From the NCBI RefSeq assembly GCF_006345805.1, contig NW_021832128.1, positions 124,001 through 188,000 on the forward strand: a stretch of DNA of 64,000 nucleotides, given 5' to 3'. Each line of letters begins with the position of its first letter. Position 1 is the first letter of the stretch. Under the pieces are notes generated by a model. That model had not been told where the DNA came from. It did no database searches and was given only the letters and a program-made list of their open reading frames with translations. This document shows positions 1 through 13,321 of this stretch, piece by piece. Position numbers and translations under genes: made by a program. Source of the stretch: Octopus sinensis. Taxonomy: Eukaryota.

Positions 1-390
1 AATCAAGTGTCAGAGACTTGGACCCACCAAGCAGAAACCTTTGTCATGCCAAATTCATTGTGCAGGTTATTCTCAACTTTCTCATGGGATATATAAGCTA
101 TTTGATTTATAGTCAATCACCTGTCATCCATCACCATGTGGTAAACACAATCAATGTTTTCCTCGGTGCTGGCAGTTGCAGGACATCCAGGCCTTGGATC
201 CCTTCCCCTCATAATTTCAGCTGCCCACTTTTGCATTGTTGATAAAACTGAAGTGTCATCTCATACTGTAGCAACTATGTCAGCATACCTTTATCTGCAG
301 GTACTTGTTAATGCCAGAGTGCCAAATTTTGTCCATTTTCAAGAGAAATTGCTACAAATTACTTTTGTAATTTTCTTTGACAGATAGTTG
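1..390 (-). mobile_element. Degenerate mariner transposase, N-terminal/HTH part, cut by the window edge
   Basis: Minus strand from the ATG at 336 reads MDKIWHSGINKYLQIK..ADIVATV*DDTSVLSTMQKWAAE..EENIDCVYHMVMDDR*LTINQIA..HNEFGMTKVSAWWVP. This matches the mariner HTH and WVPxxL motif, with stops and frameshifts. Confidence 0.8.
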
Positions 391-1120
391 GATGTCAGGT
401 TAGCTGGAAAGAAACAATACAATTATTAAGAAGAGTTGAAATTAATGCCTGAAAGTTCGCACAGCTCTAGCCTCTCTCCTTTATAGTCAGCCTATGAACT
501 TTTCAGCCCACCCTCGTATATCATGACTTAAAACTGCACAATCTGATGATGCAATTTTCTGTCTTACTACAGTAGTTCCGACTATTAAAAGATATACATA
601 TGAACAAAAAAATGGCCCAGAAATACAAAGTACAAACTGTAAAAGAATTATCCTTAATAAGTATGGTTTCAGACCATCTAGAAAAACGGTCTATGCATAC
701 CAAAAGATACATTTTATCTTGGACTTGCAGTGAAGGACCAAGTAACAAAAATGCTTAAAGGCATTTTAAAATTGCGCTGAACTTGAGCTTTTTGACAAGA
801 TATACAATGGTGCACCAAATTACAAATGTCCTTCTGCATACTAGGCCAAACAAAACGAGTTGAAATTAATTTTACTGATACTAAAATGCCTGAATGAGAT
901 AATCAATCAATTTTTGGCAGAACAAAAAAAATCTTTTTTCGTGCCTGTTGATCATGGTGGTTTGAACGACTGAGAATCCTTAGATTTGGTTTTGAATCTA
1001 AGCTTGGAGAAGGAAGTGTTAATTTTTACAAGTGCATATGTCAATGGCTTATGATCTGAAAAATTGTAAAATGTTGCCCTACTAAAAAATGTTGAAAAAG
1101 TTTCAGAACTAAATAAGCAG

Positions 1121-2052
1121 CTTTTCCTTTTGAACAGCATCGGATAATAAATATACTTTATAACACGTATGTACATAATATATGAATAATGCAAAACCAC
1201 ATTAAAATACAAATCCTGGATCTTTTCGGTTTGAACGGCAGTTTTTAACATAAATTTCTAGGTAACTAAATAATTTTAAACTTCGTATACTGGTAGAATG
1301 TGTTTATAAAACATCATTTTCTCTTGGCTTTATTGAGAAAATTCTATAGATTGTAACATATTTGGTCTTTAATTTCTTGCATTTCAGCAATTTTAACCAA
1401 TCACTAGCGTCCATTTAGGTAAATAACATTCTGTGCATAATGAATATGTCCCTCCTTTAAGAAACAGATTGGGTTTATTTACATTTGTGAAGAAAAAAGA
1501 TACCCGTCTCCCACCCCTAACCCTAACTAACCCTAACTCACCCTAACTCTAACCCTAAATCTAAAATAGATTGAAATGCAATAGATCGATACTAGGTTAT
1601 AATTATGGGTGACAATTTCATACAACACCGCTATAAAAAACTTAGCGGTGTCGTATGAAATTGTCACCCATAATTATAACCCTGGTATCGATCTACTGCA
1701 TTTCAATCTATTTTAGATTTAGGGTGAGTTAGAGTTAGTTAGGGTTAGGGTTAGGGGTGAGAGAAGGGTATCTTTTTTCTTCACAAATGTAAATAAACCC
1801 AATCTATTTCTTAAAGGAGGGACATATTCATTATGCACAGAATATTATTTACATCAATGGAGGTAATTGATTGGTTAAAATTGCCAAAATGCAAGAAATT
1901 TTAGACAAAATATGTTACAACCTAGAGAATTTTCTCGAATAAAGCCAAGAGAAAATGATGTTTTATAAACACATTCTACCAGTATACGAAGTTTAAAATT
2001 TTTTTGTTACCTAGAAATTATGTTACAAACTGCCGTTCAAAAGGAAAAGATC
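1121..2052. mobile_element. Foldback/MITE-like palindromic element with ~410-bp inverted arms and telomere-like (CCCTAA)n tracts
   Basis: 1218-1631 is the approximate reverse complement of 1642-2052. Termini are GGATCTTTTC../..GAAAAGATCC. CCCTAA-like runs at ~1514-1565 and TTAGGG-like runs at ~1718-1757. The same family occurs at 34270-35316. Confidence 0.75.
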
Positions 2053-3473
2053 CACTAAGAGTTCTTTTACAAAGCTGCTGTATCTATCGTTTCTGCTGGT
2101 TTTAAATGTTTGGAAGGTGAAAAAAAAAAAAAGAAAATGGTGTAGGAGATCGCTTTCCTCTGCTCAGCTGAGATTCAAAACCAAATCCACACACCAGTTG
2201 CTTTTCAGACAAATGTTTGATCCTTTGTGTCTTATGTCTATGCTGGAAGATATGTGGTCGTGGAACTGTCAATCCTTTGTTTTAGGTTTGACCTACTTCC
2301 TGGCTAAACCTTATATAACCAAATGAGGTCTTCGCTTCTTTCTCTTTGGTTTTCAGCCAGCTAGCGAGAGTATCTTTTGGCTGAATGGGAAAGGTCAATG
2401 CAATTCTTACCTTTCTTCCTCTCAGACAGCAGACTGTTAACTTGGCTTCCATATCCTGCTTCTGACACTCACTAAGAGCTTGCAAACAGCACACATTGTT
2501 GTCATTGTCACTTACTTCAATTACTGCTTTGTTTGTGTCACAGACCACTGCTGGCAAATAATGTCTGTGAATATAATTCTTTTCTCTTCGATGTTATTAT
2601 AGTTTCATCCTACTTTTGACCATCTACATATAGCTACCCTGATGCAGAACAAGAAATGCTATTTCTACATCAAATAACTTCTCATTTGTACACTACAAGT
2701 GATGACTCCAGCGTAAATATGTTACAGTGGTTGCCAAGCATTTTGAACAAATCAATGCAATTCCACTCTGATTCCAATGCCAGATGCATCTACCATCAAT
2801 GATAATGGCGCATTTGGGATCAGGTAGGCTAAAAGTGAAGCTTTAGTTAACTTGTCTTTAATATCCTCGAAAAATTGCAGTTCAGCCAAATTTAATGATA
2901 TTTCATTAATTTTTTAAACAACGTAATAATTCATTTAGAGGGAAAATTGTTTCAGTACAGGGTGGAATAAATTTTCTGTAGAAGTTAATAAGGCCAAGAA
3001 ATTCTCATAACTTCCTTAACGAAGCAGGAACTGGAATATCAAGAATAACATCAACTTTTTCTTTTAAAGGACTAATTCCATTTTTATTAATGACATGTCC
3101 CAAAAATGTGATGGAAGAAACACCAAACAGACATTTATTGGGATTAACTATTACACCAAATCGAGTAAAAAGTTATTCCAAATAAAGAAAATATTACTCC
3201 TCTGTAGTGCTAGTAATTAATAAGTCGTCAATGTAGGAAAAAACAAAATCTAAAAAGTGAATGACTTCATCAATAAACCTTTGGAAGATATTAGCAGCAT
3301 TAATTGAGAAGATTGCTTATCGGCTAAGAAATTTGAAAAGTCCAAAAGCTGTTGTAGCTGTTTTAGGAATGTCAGCTGATTTAATTGGAATTTGGTTGTA
3401 GGTATGTACTAAATAAAACTTCGAAAAGACTGTGCTGTAAAAAAGCTGAAAAGTCATGAATATGTGGAATAGG

Positions 3474-5414
3474 TGACGTCAATGGTTAAGGGACTAACCA
3501 GAAGAGAAAGCATGAAAGGGGAGAGAGGTGAACATCAGCCTACTTTTACCTGCCGGAGGCGTCGTGAACAGATGTCAGGGAATTTGCACTCAGGTTGGTT
3601 AGGTAGCAGCTGCTTACACTGGGTGACAGGGGTAGTGTAGGATCGCTGGAGAGATTACTACTAGGCAGGCCTCAACAAGAGGCAGGTGAGACTCTTTTCA
3701 TTTCCCACACATGACAACTTATTTCAGCAATCGTATACAGATATCGTTGTCCTCTAATATATGATGGCAGTGAAGATAAAGATCAGCAATGATGTCATCA
3801 TCCCTTTCTATGGTGAAGGAGACGTAGTAGCTTGGATTTGAAAGGTCAAAGTTGTGGCCAGGTCACAAGGCATTGAAGATGTAGCAAGCCTCATGGTGCT
3901 GTATTTGGAGGGGAGCACACTGGCACTGTACCTCGAAATGAATGAAGAACAACTGAGCATGGCAAAGATTGAGCAGCACTTGAGAGAGGCTTATACAGAG
4001 AGAGAGTACACTGCTTTTGCTAAGCTGGGAACCTCATTTTCTTCCTCTTCCTCATCTCCACAATCATCATCTGATGAAGCGACAATCCTACAAACATCTA
4101 AGACATGACACGGCATTCCATCCACAGAGATGTTGTTTTTGGAATTGACAGCCATCACTATTCTGTTCCACTGGCTTGACCCAGACTTCATCACCCCACT
4201 CCACAGGGCATCTCGATGGTTTACTCGGATGCTGCCATTCATATTTGAATATCGCTCTATGTGGCATGGACTCTTCAGCCTGACCTGATCAGGACGACAT
4301 GTACCAGAATACTGCTTCCAACAGCAAGACATGTCCCCTCTCTGCCATGACCTTAATTGTTCAATGATGTCTCTTCACAATCCCATCTCCTTCAGTGCTT
4401 CTGAACGAAATGCTGTGCTGTTGTCCATCAGCAATTGTCCACAGGACCCCTCTATAAGAATACATACAATTTTGCCTGCTGGAGGCACTGCAGACGAGAT
4501 GGCACATATTCTAAATGAGGTATTCTTAGAGTGGGGCCCTGTGGACAAATTGTTGATGGACAACAACAGAGCGTTTTGTTTGGAGGTGCTGAAGGAGATG
4601 CTTGACAGGTGGAAAGTGTACCACTTTTTCAGAGCAGCATACAAGCCAAGTGAAATGGAATTGTGGAGAGACATCACTGAACAATGAAGACCATGGTGGA
4701 GAGGGGACATGTCTCACCACTGAAAGCAGTATTCTGGTACAACATGTCACCCCAATCAGGTCAGGCCAAAGACTCCATGCCACATAGAGCAATATTCAAA
4801 TATGAATGGCAGCATCCGAGTAAACCATCGAGATGCCCTGTAGAAAAGAAAGGGCCTGTCTTCATGGAGGTGGGTGATGAAGTCTGGGCCAAGCCACCAA
4901 AGGCATGCTGCACAACTCAGTGGAACAGTAACAGCTGTCAATTCCAAAAGCATTTCTGTGGATGGAATGCCATATCATGTCTTAGATGTTCGTAAGGTTG
5001 TTGCTTCGTTGTATGATGATTGTGGAGAAGAGGAAGAGAATGAGGTTCCCAGTTTAAGAAGATCTCAACATGCAAGGCGCTCACCCAGGTAGGTGGTAGA
5101 TTTCGACATGGAGTGAAGTGAGGAGGCGATCTTTGAGATCAAGTGGCATGTGGGGATGAGCCAGAAGAAGAGGGTCATGACATCAAGGGGCTGACCGGAA
5201 GAGGAAGTGGGGGAGAGAGGCGAGTGTTGGCCTCTTTTTGCCCACCGCAGGCATCATGAATTGACATCAGTGAATTCATTCCCAAGTTGGTCAGATAGTA
5301 GCTGCTTATACTAGGTGACAGGGGTAGGGCAGGATCGCTGGAGAGATTACTGCTAGACAGGCATCGATGAGAGAGGAAGGTAGGTGAACCTCTTTTCATT
5401 TTCTTCACACAACA
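3474..5414 (+). mobile_element. Internally deleted LTR retrotransposon (second gypsy family) inserted into the RT of the host gypsy
   Basis: TG..CA termini and 5-bp TSD ATAGG (3469-3473, 5415-5419). Diverged LTRs at ~3474-3716 and ~5150-5414. Gag N-terminus (FYGEGDVVAW..LYLEGSTLALYLEM) and integrase C-terminal fragments. Removing the element restores host YPIPHIHDF. Confidence 0.8.
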
Positions 5415-7004
5415 ATAGGATACTTATCTGGAACTGTTAAGGCATTTAAACACCTGTAATCTCTGCAAGAACACCAATATCCTTCAGACATTTTCAGGAC
5501 TAAATGTAGCAGAGAAGACTAGTTACTGCTAGAAGGTTGAATGACCAAATTCTTCCTTCGCAATTTTAAGCTTGTCTATGATGAGACGTCTTGGTCAAGA
5601 TGAGACAGGAGATCCCTTTGTAATAAGATACTGAATAACAGAGTGCCCTAGACTCTTGTTATTAAAAAAATAGTATGAGTGATACTCAGAAATTTCTGAA
5701 GAACCTCATGGAAACAGTTGAACACTGATGGAACAAAGAAAAGCGAACTGACAGTTGGCTTTGAATACACACCCTATGGTGATTTCTCGGTTTCTGAATC
5801 AATCACCTGTACTTCAAATCAACAAGACCAAAATGATGCAAGAAGTCGGCACCAAGGATAGGATACTGTAGGTTGGCAATGACAAATATCCATTTGAACT
5901 GTTGCTTTAAATTGAGGTCCAGATTTAAAGAAAGTAGGAAAAGGAGGATGATTTACAACTTGCAGGATGATGGATGGTGGCTTACATGAATCAGGTTATA
6001 TGCGACAAGCTGCTCCAGTGTCAACTAATAAACATTACCTGAATAAGGTGTAGACAAAAAAGACATGACAAACTGATAATCCATTCAGAGATCTAGTCAC
6101 ATTTCATCTCTGGCGATGGTGTTTTCCCAGTGTTGAACAGCTGACTTTGTGTTCATCCATTCTGAAACGAATGTGATACCAACAGAAAGTTCAAGAAATT
6201 TCTACAAGGGCTGAAAAATCGCTTTCTTGAAATTCTCCTGCCATGGGAATTTAAATGCAGGTAGAACCGTGGAAACTCTTACTGCTTCATCTTGTCTTGC
6301 AGTTTCTCATCAGTTGACTTACAGAACAAAGAAGATAAATTTCAGTATTACTGATATTTGGAGAAGAAATATCCATAATATTGTCTGCTAATTCCTCTGA
6401 TTGGTTAATAAAACTCTACTCCCTTGTGGTCATTATACCAGCTTGCATATTAGGTGGAAAGTAGGAAAAGAAAAGTTGCTGTAACATAGATTCAAGTGGA
6501 TTGTCTTCAACCAAATCATACATTCTTCTCACTAGTTGAGAAGATCGTTTATCACCTAGAGTTTCCATATGGATGAGTTGATGAAGTCTCTTCTGCTTGG
6601 ACATAGAAGCATGTTTCAAAATTTCTGCCTTTATTCTTTGATACAACAGGTGGTCCAAATGACTAGTGATCAAGTCCTTAATTTCACTACTCAAATCAAG
6701 TGGCAAAACACTGACTAGTAAATAGAACTGACATGTATCAGAAGATATTTTGTTAGCTGCAAAGTTGGGTTCAAGTTGCAGAAACCAAATCGAAGGGTCC
6801 TCTGTCCAAGATGGCGATGTGAATGATAATGCTGTTTTCTGAGGAAATTGAAGGAACAAAAGAAGATGCCATAATAGGGTCAATAAGAAATGAAAAAATA
6901 TAGAAAGACAAAACTACTGAGCTGGAAAAAAAATTCTTGATGCAGTCACCCAGATTTAACTACTATTTCGAGGGAAAATGAAAATAGCCAATAGTAGTTT
7001 CCAC

Positions 7005-8570
7005 TAGTGTTTGATACGATGGTGGAAATGAGGTGGTAAGGAAAATATGTTGTAGGCTTCTCGTGCTCTAATTTGATTTGGTTGGTCTGTTAGGTTTTAA
7101 ATACCTTCAGTTAGCCTTTCCTGAATGAAAAAGCAGCCAAAATTATTTGTTAAGAAGGTCAGCAGGATTGTGTTTAGACATTGTTTCTGGAAAGTAGAAG
7201 GGATTCACAATTCAATTCAATAATTAGTCATGATAGCTGGATATTAGCTTTGTCATTACTAGTGTCACTAATTTATTTGTAGGTAAGGTTGCATGTGAAA
7301 ACAACAATACTTTGAAAACATTTAATAGTAACTTTTATTTCACCACACAAGTAGTTTTCAGGTTAGTCAGTCATGAATTAGAAAGTCTCCATAAATCAGC
7401 ACAATTAAAAGAATAATTTTGTAGCATTCATAAATACTTGATTACAAAAGCTTTGTACTTAAGCTTGCCAAGACGGGAGACAAATATACACACTAGATTC
7501 ATATTGGCCAACTATAAGGACATATCCAGAGCCATAGAAACTTCTATTATAAACAGCAAAAGAGTGTGTGACTGGGCCATGAGTTGTCACACACTGAAGA
7601 TTGGCACTAAAAACATTCCTTTTTATAACCTGGAGCCTGGTGCAGCCCCTGGCTCCCAGACCCCGGTCGAACCGTCCAGCCCGTGCTAGCGCGGAAAACG
7701 GACGTTAAACGATGATGATGATGATGATGATGAACCCTAGTACTGAAACGTTCCAGAAGACTCTAGAATGATCTATCTCGTGAAGTCTGGCTGCTGATTG
7801 GTCCTTAACTCAGCCTCTCAAGTGAAAAAGGTTGTACTACATCATAATCTGATGACTCAGTTTCAAATCTTGCTACACCTGTATTTCCTATTTCCTCTAT
7901 CAACAAGGAACTAACTATGCCTATCTACAGAATCAACATGCTGACAGTGACTTAGATCCATAAGATGAGGGAAAAGATCAGCAGAATCTATAGAACTACA
8001 GATATACTCCACAGACATTGCCTTGGGATCATACTAAAAAGTTCTAGGAACAAATGCATCACAAATGAAAAATTCCTAAAATACTACCAGTGTGAGACAG
8101 TAGAAGCTCAATAATGTAGTATGCATACCCATGAAGAATGGAAGTCAGAGATGGAGCATAGATGTTTGATACAATGGTGGAAATGGGGTGGTAAGGAAAA
8201 TATGTTGTAGGCTAGTTGAGGAAGATGGAGAACATTGCAAACATGGATGTGATCGGGGAAACCTTGATTTAAAGCAGAGAGAAGCAGGTGTTGAAAATGC
8301 TCAATTTTTCTACTTTGCACACCATCATTTCAAAAATGATATACAAAAGTTGTAGAGAAAGAAACAAGCTACAAAAAACATAAAATATTACAATAAAAAT
8401 ATTTTCATGTTTATTCACTGGAAAGAAACAAATGAATTTATCTGACAACCTAATAGGTCATGGTGCTGAACAGCTTGTTTGAAGTTTATTTGACGTTTTA
8501 AAGGAAAATGACATCAATATAAAAGGATGCCATAGCAAAAATTATGACAGTGCCAGTGTAGCGATGATTT
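7005..8570 (+). mobile_element. Highly degenerate hAT-like transposase remnants
   Basis: ~8500-8560 reads ENDINIKGCHSKNYDSASV, resembling the hAT CRGQSYDNAANM motif. A 50-bp segment is duplicated at ~7008-7060 and ~8163-8212. Confidence 0.4.
7640..7731 (+). mobile_element. 5'-truncated SINE/RTE 3' tail ending in (GAT)n
   Basis: GGAGCCTGGTGCAGCC..CCGTCCAGCCCGTGCTAGCGCGGAAAACGGACGTTAAACGATGATGAT. The same tail ends the RTE copies at 21389 and 28296. Confidence 0.75.
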
Positions 8571-8767
8571 GAAACCTAACTGCTAGATAATCAGTCAGAC
8601 TTCATGAGTGGACCACCATAGTTTTACATGATTGGTCTATTAACTACCAATCAGTTTGAAGTGATGGCATGGACAGGTTTTCTCAAACATTCTGGAATTC
8701 TACTTCTGGTCCCCCTATAAAATCCATCTGGCACGTATTTTTACCAACCAGATAACACAGAAAGGCA

Positions 8768-10230
8768 GATGACACAGATAGATGACAGGAACTAAGACGG
8801 ATGGCACAGATAGATTACAGGAACTAAGACGGATGGCACAGATAGATGACAGGAACTAAGACGGATGGCACAGATAGATTACAGGAACTAAGACGGATGG
8901 CACAGATAGATGACAGGAACTAAGACGGATGGCACAGATAGATGACAGGAACTAAGACGGATGGCACAGATAGATGACAGGAACTAAGACGGATGGCACA
9001 GATAGATGACAGGAACTAAGACGGATGGCACAGATAGATGACAGGAACTAAGACGGATGGCACAGATAGATGACAGGAACTAAGACGGATGGCACAGATA
9101 GATGACAGGAACTAAGACGGATGGCACAGATAGATGACAGGAACTAAGACGGATGGCACAGATAGATGACAGGAACTAAGACGGATGGCACAGATAGATG
9201 ACAGGAACTAAGACGGATGGCACAGATAGATGACAGGAACTAAGACGGATGGCACAGATAGATGACAGGAACTAAGACGGATGGCACAGATAGATGACAG
9301 GAACTAAGACGGATGGCACAGATAGATGACAGGAACTAAGACGGATGGCACAGATAGATGACAGGAACTAAGACAGATGGCACAGATAGATGACAGGAAC
9401 TAAGACGGATGGCACAGATAGATGACAGGAACTAAGACGGATGGCACAGATAGATGACAGGAACTAAGACAGATGGCACAGATAGATGACAGGAACTAAG
9501 ACGGATGGCACAGATAGATGACAGGAACTAAGACGGATGGCACAGATAGATGACAGGAACTAAGACGGATGGCACAGATAGATGACAGGAACTAAGACAG
9601 ATGGCACAGATAGATGACAGGAACTAAGACGATGGCACAGATAGATGACAGGAACTAAGACCGATGGCACAGATAGATGACAGGAACTAAGACGGATGGC
9701 ACAGATAGATGACAGGAACTAAGACGGATGGCACAGATAGATGACAGGAACTAAGACGATGGCACAGATAGATGACAGGACTAAGACGGATGGCACAGAT
9801 AGATGACAGGAACTAAGACAGATGGCACAGATGGATGACAGGAACTAAGACGGATGGCACAGATAGATGACAGGAACTAAGACAGATGGCATAGATAGAT
9901 GACAGGAACTAAGACGGATGGCACAGATGGATGACAGGAACTAAGACAGATGGCACAGATAGATGACAGGAACTAAGACAGATGGCACAGATGGATGACA
10001 GGAACTAAGACAGATGGCACAGATAGATGACAGGAACTAAGACAGATGGCACAGATAGATGACAGGAACTAAGACGGATGGCACAGATAGATGACAGGAA
10101 CTAAGACGGATGGCACAGATAGATGACAGGAACTAAGACGGATGGCACAGATAGATGACAGGAACTAAGACAGATGGCACAGATAGATGACAGGAACTAA
10201 GACGGATGGCACAGATAGATGACAGGAACT
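8768..10230 (+). repeat. 32-bp minisatellite, ~46 copies (GATGGCACAGATAGATGACAGGAACTAAGACG)
   Basis: Direct tandem repetition visible, with few substitutions or 1-bp deletions and no spacers. Confidence 0.98.
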
Positions 10231-10719
10231 TCCATCGTCATGAATATAGCACAGTTGTTTCCAGTTATGTTGGATAATCCACATGTTCCCACACCAACAG
10301 CTTGCTGCAAACTCCAAGCAGTACCTCTCTCCTGGTTTGTAATTATTGCTGTTATTTGTGAAAGGCCAATGCAGTTTGTCTTTATATGCAATAATAAAAT
10401 CTGTTAAATGTTCGCAGATGTTGTTCAGTTACTTCCATAGGCAGTCCAAGAAGTGCAATAAAGGGTATTTTTAAATGAAACTTTCTACATAGGTGCAGGT
10501 ATAGCTGTATGGTGCTTTTATGAATTCTATATATCATTGGTAGGGAGATTGCTATTAATATAGCTTCTGTTGCTAATATTTATGTTTTATATAAGATAGC
10601 TGGCTTTTGCTGACATCAATAATTGAAAAGTCACTGGAATTCTAAATATCACTGACAGTGAGATTTTGCTATGTGGTAAATGAACAGCTGTCACTGAAGA
10701 GGTTCAGTACATTGAAATC

Positions 10720-12720
10720 GGTGACCAGAAAATTCAGTCCCAGAAATTATTCGTAAACCACCCATGAAAAGATCAATTAAACAAATTTTTAAAAATACAT
10801 AATTAAATAGAAGAGTAATTTTATTGAAAAAAATAAATAAACCAATGTATAAGACAGCAAAAAATTTATTTATAATATTACCTTTTATCAGACATGTTAC
10901 ACAGGAAATTAGGAAAAGTGGGTCCGAGAAAAGTCAGTCCCAGAAAATATTGATCCCAGGCGTTACTAATATACTTCTCATGTAAACACTGATCTAACTA
11001 ATCAGTATAAATAAAAAAACAAAATAGAATAATAATTTTATTTATAAAAATATAAAAATCACATGTCTAAACCAGCAGAAAAATAAGGTTAATTCATGTT
11101 TAAACCATCAAAAAATACATATATGATATTTCCTTTTATCAAACATATTAAACAAAAAATTAGGAAAATAGGTCTGGGAACATTCTGTCCCTGAAAATTA
11201 AATCAAAGAATTTAATGAATGAGAAATTGCCTTTAGGAAAGTTAATTTATCGTTACTACCAAAAGATTGCGCAAGGATCTATTGACTGGTATTTTCTCTT
11301 TTTCTGTGGATTATCTCCTCTTTGGGCATGAATTATTTTGGCCTGTGTAAGGGATTCTTCTTTTCAAAGAGCATCAGTAAGCTTCAAGATTTTTAGGTGA
11401 TTGCTTATTGATGTGCTCAACACTGAGTGAACCCCTCAAGAGCATTGTTTTTCTGAGGCAATTCCTGAATTACTCAACTGCAAACATTACCGGATACAAG
11501 GGCTCTTCTTGTCTGTCTCGTCTTCTTCTCTTTGGTCCAATGTATGTCAGCTCAAAATAGCTTATATAATCTATTGGAATTGATTTGTCCTCACAAAGAT
11601 CTTCATAAGTATCAATTACTTCTGGTGGCAAAAGAACCATCAGTACTATATTGAACTTTATATCCAAGTTAGCAAAATTTCCTATAAGCTGTCTGGCAAA
11701 AATGAAATAAACAACCTACACTGGTGCTTCCAGTAAAGTTATGGTAACAGCTGTTACAAATTACCCGCTCGAAGTTAAATATTTGACGAGGTTTAGTATT
11801 GGGCTGCAATTTTTATATTTCAAGAAGTCTTGTCATATGTTGCTTGTGTTTTGTCTGGTGGTAGAATGAAAGCTCGAGGATAAGACCTACCATTTATGAT
11901 AGCTTGAATGGTGGAAAATTGATACCATGCACTAGGTGATGAATTGTATGTGCCATCCATTCCTAAAAATGAGGTGTTTTCCAGTTGTTGAAGACCTTCG
12001 TTAGAGGCAAAGATTAAAATCCTCTTTTCATCATTACTGCCTGTGTTGTATTACAGGAACAAATCATTGCCTTCCAAATATTTAAAAGACTCAGGCACTT
12101 GAAATCCAGTTTGATGAAGAGGTAACCAAAAGCTTTATTGTGCCAGTTTGTAATACTTCTAGAAACTGTTTGCAACAGTGGTTCATATTTCGCATTCTCA
12201 CTAATATCATTTGTAGTTTCTGAAATAAGCACTCAAGTACTTGTTTCAACTCCATCTTGCAACTTTTTTCTTAATGCTGAAATGGCGAATCATGCTTCCA
12301 CTGCATTTCATGTTGGTTCGTGATATTGATTATTGACTATTGAAATAATTATAGGTTCATCTGGTTTATTCTCTGTATGAACATGTGTATTGCAGACCTC
12401 ACAGTACCACAGTTTCTTTGTCTCATCAGAACTAAACTTATGAAAGTAGTAAACATTATTAACTTCATCAATTAATTTGTTTTGTTTTTCTCACTTTTAA
12501 AATATTTTGCAACCATATCAGGGTTTCTTAAAATTGGAAATATTTGTTATCCTGTGGGTGAAATGACATGTAGGCAACCAGACCCCATCATGAGCAAAAT
12601 GATGTGTGGGCAAACGGACTCTTTCGTGGGTGAAATGAACTGGATACCAATTTGAAAAATTGTCTGGGACCAAATTTATTGGGACAGAATTTTCTGAAAC
12701 AAAATTTTCCTAGCACCATT
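10720..12720 (-). mobile_element. Degenerate MULE (Mutator-like) transposon
   Basis: FLYWCH-like WYCEVCNTHVHT (~12400), LGMDGTYNSSPSAWYQFSTIQAIING (DGTF motif, ~11900-11980) and LLPPEVIDTYEDLCED..ISYFELTYIG (11470-11667). Imperfect inverted terminal and subterminal GTCCCAGAAA repeats. Confidence 0.8.
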
Positions 12721-13277
12721 GAAATCACACGATCTGACAGTTCTGGTGTCCATAATAGACTTGCCTTAATAGATTTTTGCCTGCCAACGATATAAATATG
12801 TATGCACCATGCGTCCATATGAGAGGTTCCTCTCAAGGTGATTACCATAGTATTTGGTGTTGTAACAAAGCGTCCAAATTAATTTGGATATAAAGATTGC
12901 TTTGTGTGAGTGTGTGTGATCAGGGCCAGATTTATAGGGGATCGAGAAGGGTAATTTGCCCCAGGCATCAACTTGATATAGGGCCCTCCTGCTATGAAGG
13001 ATATGTAGCACTTAATACAGGGAAGCCCCACTTCTCAGCAATCTTGCATGCAGAGGCTCTCTTTCAATAAACAAATATATCTTTAAAAATGTAATAGATC
13101 CTCTTTTTTGATAAATAACCATAGTTTTAACTACATTAGGGACATCAATTCATTCAATTAAAAACACTATCCATTCCCAAAGCAGACACAATTCCCATGG
13201 GAATTAATTGTAGTTTCTTTTGGGACATTAACAGAAAACAACAAAACATTCCAAAAAATGTGTTTGTATGTGTGATC

Positions 13278-13321
<44 letters not shown>

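Larger units (their letters stand above)
430..6960 (-). mobile_element. Fragmented Ty3/gypsy retrotransposon (gag-pol) split by younger insertions
   Basis: Gag 6416-6883 (WTEDPSIWFLQLE..LGDKRSSQLVRRM). RT DYRCLNALTVPDKYP|IPHIHDF across 5415-5500/3400-3470, and FQRFIDEV..FSYIDDLLI near 3200-3300. RNase H TDASGIG (~2780) and FSDHKPLTYAL (~1050). Integrase WPSMQKDI..CISCQKA and YLLVCIDRFSRW (520-850). Confidence 0.85.

Noticed and set aside
975-2192. ~20-bp inverted match (AGATTCAAAACCAAATC) at ~978-1012 and ~2155-2190 as TIRs
   Set aside because: Too short, no TSD, and the enclosed DNA belongs to other identified elements.
7590-7770. Possible PLE hammerhead remnants (CTGAAGA; GAAACGTT) around a SINE insertion
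   Set aside because: Stem II cannot be formed, and the TGATGA comes from the SINE (GAT)n tail.
8768-10230. CRISPR-like array (32-bp repeats)
   Set aside because: No unique spacers, no cas genes, eukaryotic context. It is a plain tandem minisatellite.
10197-10407. ORFs flanking the minisatellite as a host exon
   Set aside because: No recognisable homology or convincing splice pair in any frame.
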